A stretch of DNA of 63,625 bases, filler included, from Sluysia triapertura (Eukaryota), in NCBI GenBank assembly GCA_046118255.1. It is 5 parts of 5 records of this genome, joined end to end, with 100 filler letters (N's around TTAATTAATTAA, not from the genome) between each part and the next. Parts side by side here need not be neighbours in the genome. Positions count along the whole stretch, not along the records: positions 1 to 11,637 come from JBJNIA010182613.1; positions 11,738 to 23,355 come from JBJNIA010182757.1; 3 more parts are not named here. One strand, written 5' to 3'. A model generated the notes under the pieces. It ran no database searches. It had not been told where the DNA came from and saw only the letters and a list, made by a program, of their open reading frames with translations. Of the stretch, positions 1 through 13,730 are shown piece after piece. Both the position numbers and the translations under genes were made by a program. Within the stretch, counting starts at the first letter, position 1. The number at the start of each line of letters is the position of its first letter.

Positions 1-71
1 ATGATTGAAAAGTATCAGATCTTTGCGACCCCCTTTCAGTAGTCTCGCGACCCACAGTTTAAGAAGCCCTG
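1..71. mobile_element. Terminus of a hAT-type DNA transposon/MITE (cut by window start)
   Basis: Reverse complement begins CAGGGCTTCTTAAACTGTGGGTCGCGA with repeated GCGACCC subterminal motifs, the pattern of hAT/Charlie-like ends. Confidence 0.6.
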
Positions 72-74
72 TTA

Positions 75-178
75 TAAATTATACAAATATGGTTAGTTTA
101 TGATTAACTGAAGTCACACACGACTCATATTTCTTATTAAATAACCATTAAAATCGACTGTGACTACTTAAAATAATC
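75..178. repeat. Dispersed repeat, inverted partner at ~13862-13990
   Basis: ATGGTTAGTT...CGACTCA...ATTAAAATCGACT(G/T)TGACTACTTAAAATAA is present here on + and at 13862-13990 on -. Confidence 0.6.
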
Positions 179-509
179 TTGTTAGATTTACATAAAAATG
201 ACCCCGAAAGCTCCGTATATTCGTGAAAATTCATTATTAAAACCATTTTCATTTCACAAACAAATTTAAGATAATAAAACTAATATGCCACTATAACTAA
301 ACTAATAAACTAAAATCAACCAATCATGTCGCGCTAAAACAGCATGAAATCATTGGCTTAGTAAAACACGTCTTTTTACTAATAATAAAACAATAATATC
401 ATTAAATTAGGTAAGTAATGTATTGCATATCAACTACCCGAGTTAGTCACATCACTGCAAGATTATGAAATATTTAAGAAAAAGTTCTTACTACATCAGA
501 AATGTTATA

Positions 510-1368
510 TTAGGTTGGCAAAGGTGAAATTTGTACTTAATAATTTTTCCAAATTTACAGCTTCTTATTTGACAATGTTTTAATATTTTACCATTTTTTG
601 TAGTGGACTTACTTATCTCGCTTGTTGTAAGCTCTAAAAATAGTTAAAATGTTTTTTAAAAATTAATTTCGTTGAAAGTTGATATTCGCGTTGAACTACG
701 GCATTAATAATGTAGTTCGCTCCAGTGTTGCTATGCAGAACACAGTATGAAATTGGATCGCTAAATTTCGTGCAGGTAACTTTGGCCAGAATCAAAAGTC
801 AGTATGACGAAGTAAAGGTCAGCTTCAGTCTGACTCAGCCAAAAGTGCTTTTGAATTTTCGTTGAAGTTTGATGTTAGCAAACAAACAATATTAACTCAT
901 TTAGCTCAAATAGTAAAAGGTAAAAAGTAGGACAGCGGACTCCACACGAACTGAATGAAAAACAGAAGTAAAAGCGTTTGGGAGCTATCTTGATGTTGTT
1001 TTCTCGTCACAAATGTGATCCATTTTTGAAGTGAATTGTTACTTGTCATGAGAAATGGATTTAATATGACAATCGCAAACGTTGAGCACAGTGGTTGTAT
1101 AAAGATGAAGCTTATGTGGTGTTCAATAGCATAGAACAGTTATGATCGAGTATGATTACATTAAACCTGGCTTATCGATCACAGGGGAAATATGCTGTAA
1201 CCAAGTAGCCTAAATGATGCAAAAACGTAAAGGAAAAACAGCCTAGATTGGTCGACTCTTATCTTATTTCGTGATAACGCTATACCACACACTACACAAA
1301 ACCATCTTCCATACTCATAGGGCATAGCCTCCACTAACTCCACTTCTTACATATTTGGACAATTTTTT
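510..1368 (+). mobile_element. Decayed mariner transposon (cecropia subfamily, Hsmar1-like)
   Basis: TA followed by TIR-like TTAGGTTGGCAAA. Manual translation gives RTPHELNEKQK (WVPHEL), FLK*IVTCHEKWI*YDNRKR*AQWL, ILFRDNAIPH and HLPYS*GIASTN..HFLH.LDNFL (YSPDL region), with many stops. Confidence 0.9.
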
Positions 1369-1449
1369 AATAATAATCAAGAAAGTAAAATTAAACAATT
1401 AATTTAAATTAAACAATTAATTAATTAAACAATTAAACTATTAATTTAC

Positions 1450-1623
1450 CTCGTCATAACTCCTTGTCCACAAGATACACTACATAATGACCATTCTTCC
1501 CATCTTGACCAACCACCGGGTACTTGAACTGTAACATAAACCTGATCTGATGAATCTTCACCTTCATGATTTGTAGCTTGACATAAATAAAAACCTGCAT
1601 GTTCTTTTTGTACACCAATTATT
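1450..1623 (-). CDS. Hemicentin-like exon: end of Ig domain plus start of thrombospondin type-1 repeat
   Basis: AG/GT-bounded exon translating IIGVQKEHAGFYLCQATNHEGEDSSDQVYVTVQVPGGWSRWEEWSLCSVSCGQGVMTR (Ig YxC; TSP1 WSxWxxWS, CSVSCG). Phase matches the exon ending at 5183. Confidence 0.8.
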
Positions 1624-2499
1624 CTAAAAATACAATATTGAAATTTGGTTTAAATAATTATACTTTATTTGTTTGTATTATCCAATAATTTAACGTTTAA
1701 GTTTACGAAGTTTCTTAATATTATACCTGTATAATTACGTTAACTTAATATTGAACTATTAGTAAAATTCTGATTTTTGAATTTATTTACAGTTGTGAAT
1801 ATAAGCGTTCTAAATTTGATTTTACTTTACACAAGTTATCTGAGATACAGAAGAAAATAGTGCAATCAAAATAGCTTTAGGAACCGGGAAAATTCAGTAG
1901 CAAAAGAGATTTGAAACTCTGAAAACGACACTTAATGTTGAAACCATTACATCGATTCAGATTTGAATGATTGAATGGATATTCCATCAGATGGATTTAA
2001 CAAAATCTTTAAGGCTTTTACGTTACCTTTTCGATTACTATCCATCTAGGTCTGCGATCGTCTACGAAAATTAGACTTCCAACACTTGAAATGAGAAAAT
2101 TGGTAGTAAAAATAGATGATTTAGAAAGTCTATGTTAATAGCTTGCTTCCCAAATGAATTGATGAAGGTCGCAAATATTATTAGAAATAATATATCGATG
2201 GTAACAATAGAACATGAAGCCCAGAGAACGTAACAATGCCAATGCTTATAAATAATAGTGACAGTATTTATTTTAGATGTGGAAAACGAAAAAATATTGC
2301 TAAATTTTGACATACAAAAATAAAAGACAAAAAGTTGTAAGCTCAAACTTTCTATTATTTATTTCTCATTAAGTGATAAACAAGCCTAAGCACAATAGGA
2401 TTATAGCAAAGATCAAAATGTTAATGTTCAATGAAATATGTTGGAAGAAAGAAGTTGTAACCTGATTTGTAGTTTTGAAGTTGATGTTTGGTATTTCAA

Positions 2500-3700
2500 A
2501 GGCTACAATTCATACTGATGAAAAATTATTTGAATCAGTAGTTTAAATTGAATATGTTTAGCGTTTTATTAGGATTGACACGATAAACAAGTTGGAAGGA
2601 AGTTCAATTAGAATTCAATGATGTCAAAGTAAATATTCATGCCTAAAAGCTGGAATACTACAGAAATCAAAAACCATAAAAGTTCAAGTACGGTCAATAG
2701 AAACATAAATAAACGCAATTTCGAGATTCTATTTCATGAAAAATTTCATGTGAAATGAGATTGGAATATTTACAAAAACACTAATCAAAGTTTAGTAAAG
2801 CGTTTAATATTAATTAGTCGATTCAAAATAAAGATAATATACTTCAGATATTTAATACTTTATATGAAGTATGAAGAAATTCATTGTTGGATTTATCATA
2901 AGCCTATGTACCAGCATATGTAGATAAATCGAATTTGAATTAGTTTAGGATTTGGACTTGAAGCGAGCCAGTGATCACATCAACAATAGTTAAAAAAGTT
3001 ATTGAGACATAAAAGGGTATAGTACAAAGGTAATAGGTTCATATATTTCAGATGTTTTAGTTGCTGAAACAATTATTATAATAGAGAAAGTAAAATTTCT
3101 ATTCTAAAAGTTTCGATTTCAATAAAGAATTAGAAAATTGTAAAAAAAGACATCTTCCATGTTTATTTCTAGCGCCAAGACGTGTTTCTATTCAAAACGA
3201 TTATCATTAAGTTCTTCGGATCACGCCTGGATGACAAAATACACGAGAAGTCATTAATTAAATAGTCTTGTAAAGTTATTTCGAAGCTAGACAATCGTAA
3301 ACATGTATACGATAGTGTAATATAAGTTTAGATGCGCTGAGAGTTTTATTAGACCTAAGCATTACTGTGGTTTAGAAACCAAATTACTCAAGAAATATGA
3401 ACTTGAGGCTGTCGTATGAAGTGGAATTTGAAAAATGTAATTAAAAATGACAATATCTCGATAGTCAGATTGCGAAAAGATCGATACTAAATCATGTTTT
3501 GATTTAAATAAATGATTATGACAGAATAATAGCAAAAAATTTGAATATTACTGAAACCAAAAGCAAAGCAAATAAAGTAAGTAAATAAAAACACAATATG
3601 ACCTGTACATCAGTGGAATCTAAAATTGAAAACCTCCAAAATCTTCATGTGCCAATTAGGAATCAAGATATTGTTGGGTTACATCGCAACTATTTGAAAA
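2500..3700 (+). mobile_element. Highly decayed non-LTR retrotransposon fragment (APE end / APE-RT linker) in the hemicentin-like intron
   Basis: SDH motif (~2969) followed by SSSDHAWMTK (~3210), resembling the PW(M/I)T linker of LINE ORF2; many stops. Confidence 0.35.
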
Positions 3701-5182
3701 AAATTATAATAATGCAATGATATAAGAGTGATTTATTACTTACTAAAAAGTAATATCAAAATAAAATGTAGAAAATGAAAATAATGATAATTTATTGATT
3801 AATTTTTGTTATTTTTAAATAACTTGTAATCAAAACTTCCTGTTATGTTATAAAAACTGTTAACTGTCTATCTTTTCTTAATTTAAACTCGTAATACCGA
3901 TGTGTAATAACTCTTACTCATTTTCAAATTTTTTGTAATAGAAATTCACTTAAAATTACTCAAATTAATTCAATTTATTTTAAACTCTCGTGATACTTAA
4001 TGTAATAAAATTAACAATTTTTATCTGAATATTGATTTCTACTCTTCTCTCATGTAAGTGTGCTAAATGAAATTTAAATGAAAATAAAACTATAATAAAA
4101 TTTATTAATAATAACGTATGATTTAGAGCAGGTTAAGAATAGAATAATAATGGTTGAATAACTTTTTACATAAACGAATAATATGCAATGTACTTTGATT
4201 TAGGAAATTACATTTAAATTATATTCAATTATTATGTTTATTTCATATAACTCTTTAATAACGGTACTCGCTATAAAATTACTAGATTCAATGTATTGTC
4301 CAAATTAATTATCGATAGATGCTTAATCGTGTAAGATACCACAGTCAAGATGTTCAATTATGAAGAATAATCGAATAATTGTTTACAATATCATCCAAAT
4401 CGATTGCGCAGAGTAAACGGTCAGTTTCATTGAAAACAGAATATCGCACTTTATTGTACTATTCCAACTGGATTTGTCTTTCAAGTTTTTCACTACTCTT
4501 TATTGTTATGTTGAATGTGTTATATAGTGTTTTTGTGGTTATTATTTGTCTGGTTTCTATTATGATTTCCTTATAAATCCAACTTTGCTTTTATTTTGCC
4601 AATTGATCACTTTCTATAATATAATATCTGCCTTAATTTTTATAATGCATGTTACAAATTTATAAGATTCTGTAATATTATTTAATTAATATTAAGTAAT
4701 TATAAAACAATAAATGTTCGGCTTAGTGAAATAACAATATATATGCAATAGAAAACTTCTCAATTTGAAATCAGTTTATATAAGAAATTAATCAAACAAT
4801 AAAACAATAAGTCAAAATTTTCATATTTAGCTGATTACGTAATTTAATGAATGCTTATTTAACAAAAATTATATATTATTTCGAGTTGAATTTTATAAAT
4901 GAATTATGTAATAAATATTTTTTATGTACAAAAAAATAGTAATAGTAACGTTAATAGAAAGAAGAATCCTTTTTATTAGAAAAAACATGTTTCTTCTTTA
5001 TAACTTGGCAAAAATAATAATAAATATTTAGAGTAGTCCTTGAAAAATATACATAATATTCAATGTTATTTAAATTAGCAATTTCTGAAAACTGTCAATT
5101 AAAATATATTTTCGGGAAATAAATTGATATTTAAACAATGCATTACATTTTTAAAAATATTGAAATATTGATTTAAAAATAC

Positions 5183-5817
5183 CTCAAAGATCCATTCTTA
5201 ATTAAAGAATGTGAATGATCTAAATTAACAAGACGACCGAATTTATACCATCGAATAACTGGAATTTGATATCCTTCATCTTCGCAATGTAAAATTAAAA
5301 CATCGCCCATATTTACTGTTGCATTTGACGGTTTCAATGTTATTTTTGGAACACTTTTACCATTAGGAGTACTTGACCTTCACCTTCTCCAACCCTATTT
5401 GAAGCTGTACATTGATGTGTACCGGTATCGTGAACTTTAGTATCGCGAATTATTAAATTCGAATTCATTAGTGTCTTCTCGTGGTATTTTGTATTTGAAT
5501 GCCATTCTTTAACCAAACAATTGAAACAATTTTTCCTTGGATTTTGCAAACTAAAGTCGTTATTTTATTTCTTGAAGTATTCTGATCATTTGACTGTTAT
5601 ACCGTTACTCTGGGTTTAGCTATAACATCTACCATAAATTGATAAACTTCAGTACCAACACGATTTTTGGCAATACAAAGATATTCACCAGCATCATATA
5701 GTTGCACATTTTCAACCGTAATTCTACAATTATCTGGACTGATTTTAATATTATGTCCAGGTAATAGAGGTGAACGATGACGTTCCCAAGTGACTTTGGC
5801 AAGTGGATCCGCTGCTC
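5183..5817 (-). pseudogene. Hemicentin-like tandem Ig I-set exon, disrupted
   Basis: Three consecutive Ig segments: DPLAKVTWER...YDAGEYLCIAKNRVG; TLVCKIQG...HDTGTHQCTASNRVG; VPKITLKPSNATVNMGDVLILHC...NGSLR|GT. One in-frame TAA (~5597) and two frameshifts (~5465, ~5353). An Ig array followed by TSP1 is the hemicentin architecture. Confidence 0.75.
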
Positions 5818-6399
5818 TTAAAAGTGTACATTTTCACGGTCTAGGAAAGTTAATTAATTAATTTTCGTTTTTCTACGCTTACGGTTAGAAAATTAAAAAC
5901 TTATGCAAATAATCTTGCTTGTTTCTTCCAACTGCTTGATTTGACATCAATGATAAAATTAAATTCTTATTATTAACATAGCTTCAAAATTTCAGTTTTA
6001 TTTATTATCAAATTTTAGTCGCCATATTAATTGCTTAATTTTCGCATTTTTAAACAAAAATTAAAATTTTATTTATTTAATTTTAGTTTTAAACAAACTA
6101 TAATATTTTATTTATTTATTATTTAAAGTTTTATTTATGTAAAAATAATTATATTGAAAAATTATAAAATTTTATTACTAAAAATTTTATTAAAAACTTT
6201 TTTTAATGTTTCGTGTAATATAATAAATATAATGATTTTAATAAATAATTAACAAATAAATATTTTTACAAATAATAATTAATTCTTTACAAATAATAAT
6301 TAAGACACAAAAACTTTTTAAATCAAAGATCATGAACTCAACATCAATCATCATAGAATCATTTTCTGTTTACTAGTTGTGTTAATTATATTTTTAAGT

Positions 6400-7560
6400 A
6401 TTCCATTTTATACTTTTTCATCATCCAATCATTCTTGATTTAAAATCAAACATTCTCACACACAAATAATTTCAACATGGTACGATATGTCAAACTTTAT
6501 TAGGTACATGTGGTGGCCAACCTATTAATTTTAACAAATTTTATTAAAATTTTTTTTCTCAAAAATTATAAAACCATGTCACCTTCAAAATATAGATCAC
6601 ACACCTTTTAACCCATTTAAAACTAATACAACATAACGAAAACCATATTTTCAACAACATATAACAATCTTATAAAATTTGCCACAACTATTTTCATATC
6701 TTATTTCTCTTCCTAAACAGTAAAATAAATATTCACTCCTCAAAATATTTCTAACAGATAAACTCGTAGCAAAGAATAACATCAATTCACATTAAGCCAT
6801 CCATTGAGAATATTTATTCCACACCACACAACACCCAAATCACAAATACGTTTTAAACCATCAAAGTACATTAAAACTTCATTTGAAATATTTTATTTTT
6901 ACATTCTTGCATCTTAAACATTTCAATTCCGACCTCATTCAAATTCATTCATCTCAAACATTTAACATTCTCACAGTTACCTCTTTCACTTTTACTTAAA
7001 AACATTAATCAACACCTAAAAAGCATTATAAACATTACTTCATGTAAAACATTTAAGTGTATGCTAACTATTAAAATTAATTCACCTTAAGTACAAAAAT
7101 AAAAATAAAAGTAACATTAAAACGCATTGCGCAGAGTTTTACGTCTTGGAACCTTTTCAGTAGAGATATTATTAATTTAAGAATAGTGAGTTATGTGCCA
7201 TCAGCTACACAAAACATTTATTTTAATCTAAATATTAAGTTTTAAGTTTTCATTCTTTAGTAATTCAGCTTTGATATGTCCAGAAATATCAAGATAAACA
7301 AAGGAAGTTCTTGTTATCAAAGAAAGATAAGAGGTTATTATTAATATTATTATTAATATTTTTACTATTAAATTAATTTAAAATCATGTATTACAAAATC
7401 GACTATGTTATCCCCATCATCAGCAGTGACATTTTGTTTTACATTTACAATTTTGTGTCACTGAATATGATGGTAGTCGTCACAGTTGATTCTAGTCATC
7501 ACTAAATCAATTAAATGCTGTAAAAATAAATAACCCATTACATTGATAGTCTAACCAAAT
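6400..7560 (+). mobile_element. Penelope-like retroelement remnant followed by hairpin module (copy 1)
   Basis: C/A-skewed decayed coding strand; across frameshifts reads (F)LDLK.KHSHTQIISTWY..RY and CGGQP, similar to PLE RT C-terminus/thumb. Inverted repeat at 7414-7472. Confidence 0.45.
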
Positions 7561-7566
7561 CACTTT

Positions 7567-8122
7567 TGTTAGGTTGCCATCACAACCCTACAAAATAACT
7601 CTAAGACAACATAATAGCACTTTAAAATTAATTAAAATCACGAAACAATCATTTAAAATTATAAAAATATTAGAAAATCAATTAAAATTAATCAAAAAAA
7701 GTTTATGTTCCAAAAAATAAATTTATTTTCAAAAAAAGAAAATAAAATTTCGAAAATAGAAAATAAGCTTCTAAAAATAGATTAGAATCTTCTAGAATAT
7801 TCTGGAATATTTAGAACATTCCATCGATTTTCATTGGATGATGACTGGTATATAAACCAGCATCATACGATGAAAATCTCCATATTTTAACAATCATTAT
7901 TGTGCAACAAATTCATTTGTAATAGAAGTAGCCATAATTGTTACTCATTTGCAACAAAGTCGTCTATTAATTCGCCATTTTTATAAGCAGCAATTTGGAT
8001 TCAGCAGCTATTTAGGAATTTAAACACTACACGATATTTTTTGGATTTATACAATTTACATGAAAGAAGTAATTTGTTTGATTTAAGTTTTATATTAATC
8101 TCATTTTAAAATCCACGTAACA
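7567..8122 (+). mobile_element. Possible solo LTR
   Basis: TGTTA...TAACA ends, repeated TTCTAGAA/TTCTGGAA motifs upstream of TATATAAA (7849). No matching TSD seen. Confidence 0.3.
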
Positions 8123-9635
8123 TATATATTATTAAACAGTTTGATTTGTAAGGTTCCCCGATATAATGAGGGGTAAAATATACGTAAACTATTATTTATA
8201 ATTATTAAAGACTTAAATAAGTTTTAATAATAAAATCTAACGACTTAATTCTATCTTTATTCTAGTTTATTTACTCTATTATCTGATTGTAAATTTTGTT
8301 TTCTGAAATAAAAGATTTGTTCTTGTTTGTATTTGATTCATAAATCATTTTAAATAGTTTTATTGATAATTTATATATTAGTAGTTCAACTGACAAAAAA
8401 GAAATTGTAGTGGAAAATTAAAATAATTTGAATGATTAAAGTAGTGATACACTAAATTCATTATATTAATAACTACACTAGATAATAAATTTGATTTTAT
8501 TTTTAATTACGCTTTTGTTGTAATATATAAAAATATCAATTGTTTCAAAATAAATATTTTTAAAGTTCGTATTAATTTTTATTTGGCTTATTGAAATATA
8601 GATTTTAAGAGTTTATGCTACATAATCAACACATTAATAATATTATGCAAAATAATTCTAATATAAAATATTCATTTATGTTAAATATTTTTTACGTAAC
8701 TAATTTTATGTAATTATATATTTATAAAGTATTAAATATATTTTCGATGGATTTAAGTAAGTTTTGTATATATTTTGTTTTTGATTTTTGTTTATCATAT
8801 TCTTGCTGAAATTTAATATTGTAAATGATTTTTAAGATTTTAACTTGTAATTCAACATTTAAAATATTTTATTTTCTATAACAAAAAATAGCATCAGTTA
8901 TGAATTTAACATGAGTTCATAATAAGTTTTTTTAACTAGATATCATATACATTTAATATCATTTATGAATTAAACTGCATCAAAATACGTTACATAATAG
9001 GTAAATCATTAAACACTGCAAATTTGATGTGTATTTAAGATGCGTTATTTTTGTAGAAAACTTTTAACTTCTTGTTTCTGTATATGATGTCCGAAAGATA
9101 ACTTGAAATTTAACTTTACTTAGATCATATAAACCCCAAAAATTGTATAAACAAATTATTTTCTTAACAATTAAAGAATATTTAAATACCTAAGTCAAAT
9201 GCTAAAAGTGTCATCCATATGGCTTCTACAACTAAACCTGTGAACAAAATTTTCAATAAATGTTCTGTATGTTTCCTATGAAGTACTTGATGTATGTGTT
9301 ATATCAACTCTTACTTGTATACATGCAGACGTTGAAGATAAACTACAGCTTTTATAATATTGTTTTATGATAAAGGTACTATCATTTATTATGATTGCAT
9401 TCATGATGACTCGAACGCAAAATATTCCTTGCTTATACTAAAATATTTTACATAAATTAAAACGTACAACCCAGCAAAAATTAAACATTTTTTCGTATAA
9501 ATTTAGTATTAGTGTTTCTTGAAATAATAGTAGGTTGAATTTATATGTCTATTTGAAGTAAAGTTTTTATTTTATACTTATAAAAATGTGTTTACATGCC
9601 AGTAAAATGTTTCAGAAAGTTGTGAATCGGGTTAT

Positions 9636-10058
9636 ATGAGCACTTCTACTCATTCATCTCTTAACACTCCAACAAATGTTACAGTCAAAAGTATCAAATC
9701 ACAGTCTCAATCATTAGCATTCGAACATCTGGATACTAAAAATACACGTAACACTGGAGAAAAGTTCGATGAATTTGATCAAAATACTTCATCTCTAACA
9801 ATTCAACAATTAATAGAAGAAAACAATATATTACGACAACATATTCTGGATATGAAATTAACAGCTAATACCAGGATATCAAATCTAGAGGATGAAATAG
9901 CCTATTTCAAAGATGTAATAAAAAAATTATGTTTAGAAAATAAGAAATTAAAAAATTTAATTGATAATTATAATTGTTGCAAGAATAATTGTAACAGTGA
10001 TTCATCTAAGTCCGATAAAGATATGCCAAAACCTTGTAATTTGCATACTCATAATTAA
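9636..10058 (+). CDS. 140-aa ORF with coiled-coil heptads, probably transposon-derived
   Basis: ORF track: IQQLIEENNILRQHILDMKL...ISNLEDEIAYFKDVIKKLCLENKKLKNL; no recognisable domain. Confidence 0.35.
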   Translation: MSTSTHSSLNTPTNVTVKSIKSQSQSLAFEHLDTKNTRNTGEKFDEFDQNTSSLTIQQLIEENNILRQHILDMKLTANTRISNLEDEIAYFKDVIKKLCLENKKLKNLIDNYNCCKNNCNSDSSKSDKDMPKPCNLHTHN

Positions 10059-10402
10059 AGATATAATATATTACATTAGATTAACAAATCATATTTTATC
10101 ATTTTAGAATTTTGCCATTTTTTGAATTAAAATCAATCATAAATAAAGTTTGCCTTTTACACCTCATTAATTCTTTAACAGCTGCCCTAAATTTGGAATT
10201 ATTCAACAGACACACTCTTTGTGAATAAGGACTGACCTGAATGGATAATAAAACAACTAATAAGATTGAAAATTTGATGAATGAACTAATGATTAGATAT
10301 TTTAAATGATTGTGCGACAACATAATTTTTTAAGTTGTAATTTTGCTTCAATAAGATTGTTACTTTAACTTTTCCTTGAAAAATGCGTTGAGTAATGCTT
10401 AA

Positions 10403-11064
10403 CCACGTAACCTGCATGCTCGAGTTAAGCAGGCTAAACTGCGCATACGATGTAGTTCGAGCGGGTTCATTTTGTTGATATTTATCATTTGCGATTTCTG
10501 AATTTATATAAAGACCATCGTTTCTTATATTTTACAATTTAGTCATGAAATATTAAATACTTGTTTATATAATAGGTCAATATTTACTTAAGTGTTGTAA
10601 ACTTTCGAAGATAAGCTTATCTTTATAGATAGTTATTTTTCGAATACGGAAAATAAAATTGCATATATTGAATAATTATACAATTTGTACGTTTTCTAAT
10701 TTTTAAATTGTTATTATTGTAATGTTGAGCTATGTTCTGCGCCTTGCTTGAAAACATGTCATGCGCAAGAAAATTCTGGACAATTTTTTTTAAATAAATA
10801 CTATTATTATTACTTCTGTTAAAGTATAAATGAATATTTTTTCTGATGAAAATGTTTTTTTCGAAACAGCAACGTAAATGTCGATGTACATTCAAGATTG
10901 CAATATTTGACTCTTATCTGTAATGTGGATCAAAATTCAAAATTACAATTAAAATTTTGATTGCTTTTGTATTTTTCGCCAAAACAAAGTTCTAAAATGT
11001 GCTTTCTTAAATAAAAAAATTGATTTTTTGCCGGTTTTTTTTCAAAAAATTATGCGTTAAAGGG
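10403..11064. mobile_element. Non-autonomous piggyBac-like element
   Basis: Flanked by TTAA (10399-10402, 11065-11068); imperfect TIRs CCACGTAACCTGCAT vs CCCTTTAACGCAT. Confidence 0.45.
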
Positions 11065-11592
11065 TTAAAGTAGTTTTTTAATTTTGTATTCAAAATTTAT
11101 TCCAATCACTGAGAACACTGTAATAAACATGCAAATCTTGAATTTAATATGTATCATGTTTTTGAATCCAATCTTCGGTTCTTAGTACTACAATGCTCTT
11201 AATTTTGAAAAGTAATAAAAAAATCATGCTTGGACGGATCTTACTATAAGAAAGCTATGATATATTACATGTTTGGTTTTAAATTCATTTTGAATTTATT
11301 AACGATAATTCTGTATTCAATTTATATAATGTTGCGGTATGCAAGTTTTTTATTAAAAATATTAAGTAAGGTACTATTTGATCTTTGCAATTTTTATAAT
11401 GCAAAGTATTTTATTTCTAATAATCAAAATTGTATAATAATTATGATGTTAGTTCACAACATATCACTACTTTGTGTTTATTTGATTTTATTTGTCATTA
11501 GAATGCCCAAACTCGGTCATTTTCATTTCATTACATCATAAAATGTATGATATCATTTTCAACGTACAGTATCGTAAATTATTTTTTATTAA

Positions 11593-11593
<1 letters not shown>

Positions 11594-11637
<44 letters not shown>

Positions 11638-11763
11638 NNNNNNNNNNNNNNNNNNNNNNNNNNNNNNNNNNNNNNNNNNNNTTAATTAATTAANNNNNNN
11701 NNNNNNNNNNNNNNNNNNNNNNNNNNNNNNNNNNNNNTTATTATTATTATTATTAGTATTATT

Positions 11764-11824
<61 letters not shown>
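11594..11824. repeat. (ATT)n microsatellite interrupted by 100-bp assembly gap with TTAATTAATTAA linker
   Basis: Direct: N run 11638-11737 with linker at 11682-11693. Confidence 0.95.
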
Positions 11825-11826
<2 letters not shown>

Positions 11827-13199
11827 GTGTTAATAAATGAAAGCAAGAGTTTAAAATTATTTTAAAAAATTTATAAATTTACTATTTTAAAGGTTTGGTT
11901 ATGAATATGTGGGAATTGATGTAGTATTACATAGTATGTTTTGATACATGTTCAAAATGAAATTTTATTTGTATAAGTAATGTTGATGGAAAATATAATA
12001 GTACGTGGAGGATTGAACCACCACAAGTAGAGTCACAATTAAAATGTTTTTGAATTTCCAAACATATTGCACCGACGTATGTTTAAAATTTTTCCTGGTA
12101 AAAATAAAATGTAATAAGAGCAATTACAATGAATTAGATGTAATCTATGAATTATTATCAATAATTAAAATAGTAAGAAAAATACTTTATGAAATATATT
12201 GTAATTCATTTTTTAATTTCTCTGTATAGTGTGATAAATATAACACAAAGTACACATTTGAGATAACGTTTTATATTTGTAGAAGTTTATCTATAATTTC
12301 GTATAAAAAGTGACCGAATAATGTAATAACCAAATTTTATAATTAAATCAGCAAAAGTACTATTACTTATTAAAATAAAATTTTGCTTCAACCAATTTAC
12401 GTGATTTATTTATCATCAGTCTTATTGTTTACAAATATATGACGTAGTAATTTAAGTGCAAAGACGAATTCAAAAAAGAAATTACGACTAACGTAATTCA
12501 CTTTATCAAGTGTCGTAGTGTATACAGATATTATATTGAAAAATAAACTTATTTTATTTATGTTGTTTTAAATATAAAATTTGGTTTTTATATGTTTTAT
12601 TTTTCTGTACGAGACTAATGGTATTAATATTTTTTGGTATGCTTATTAAGTCAAATAATTTTCTGCCAGTTTATCATAACTTGATGATTTATTATTTTTA
12701 AGTTAAAATTAGATTTTTAATTTTGTATTATACAATTATTATTTGTTTCTTTGAGCAAAATGTTATGAATTAATTTCTATAAAGGTTTAATATAATTAAA
12801 TTAGAATGATTATGGGTTTTTATTAGTTTTTGGAATTACTATGTGAATAGTAATTAAATATTTTGTTTAAAAAAATTAATTATCATTGTCAAGAATGTAG
12901 CAAATTGTCATATTATATTGATTTTTTCAAAACAAGTTACAATAATGAAATATTACTTGCAAAATACAAAAAAGAATGAATTATCTTGGATTTTCGTGCT
13001 TTATAATTATTTATAAAAATAATTTTTATAAATATACAATAATACAAAACAGACAATTTTTTATAATTTACGTTCAGAAAATTTCCAGAAAACTTTCTTG
13101 ACAGTAATTACATTTATAAATCATCAAAAGCTTCATAATTCTGTATTGGAAATATTTCTGTAAAAGTTAAGAGACATTCGTGATGAAGGTAGGTCAATA

Positions 13200-13730
13200 C
13201 TTATATATAATGAATTTTTCATTTATTCATAACTACTAACATAAATGTTGCTTTCAATTTCATATAGAAGTGAAAAAATTACAATTAATAATTAATCAAA
13301 CAGCAAGACTAATTTTCCAAGTGAGAAGAAGATCTCATATAACACGTTATATTAGTTTTCAGTAAAAGTAAGAGTAGAATTCACAATCATGACAATAATT
13401 TACAAATTATTACATTACGAAAGTCCTGAATATTTCTTAGAAATAATAAAAAAATTTGGAAACCAAGATGAGTATTTCATTGAGACATAATAATCTATAC
13501 AGAATTCACAGTGATAATAAGCTAGGTGATAAGTTTATACAGTGTTTGTTTCAAAAATATACAACCTGTTACCAGAGAATGTCAAATTAATGAAAAATTA
13601 TGAAATATTTAAGAAAAAGGTAAATTTCTTCCTGTTTCAGAAATATTACAGTGAATGATTTATTTTCAGCGCTTTTGAGTACTTATTTTGCAGTATACAT
13701 GAGCACAATATAAATTAATATATTATATGT
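13200..13730 (+). mobile_element. L2-clade LINE, 5'-truncated 3' end
   Basis: LQLIINQTARLIFQVRRRSHIT...MTIIYKLLHYESPEYFLE...LRHNNLYRI...YNLLPENVKLMKNYEIFKKKV, the typical L2 ORF2 C-terminus. Related copies at 460-507, 46195-46360, 56450-56870 and 62390-62700. Confidence 0.8.

Noticed and set aside
11682-11693. TTAATTAATTAA centred in N-runs (also 23400, 36408, 52552)
   Set aside because: Artificial all-frame-stop scaffold linker; not biology. Adjacency across these gaps is unverified.
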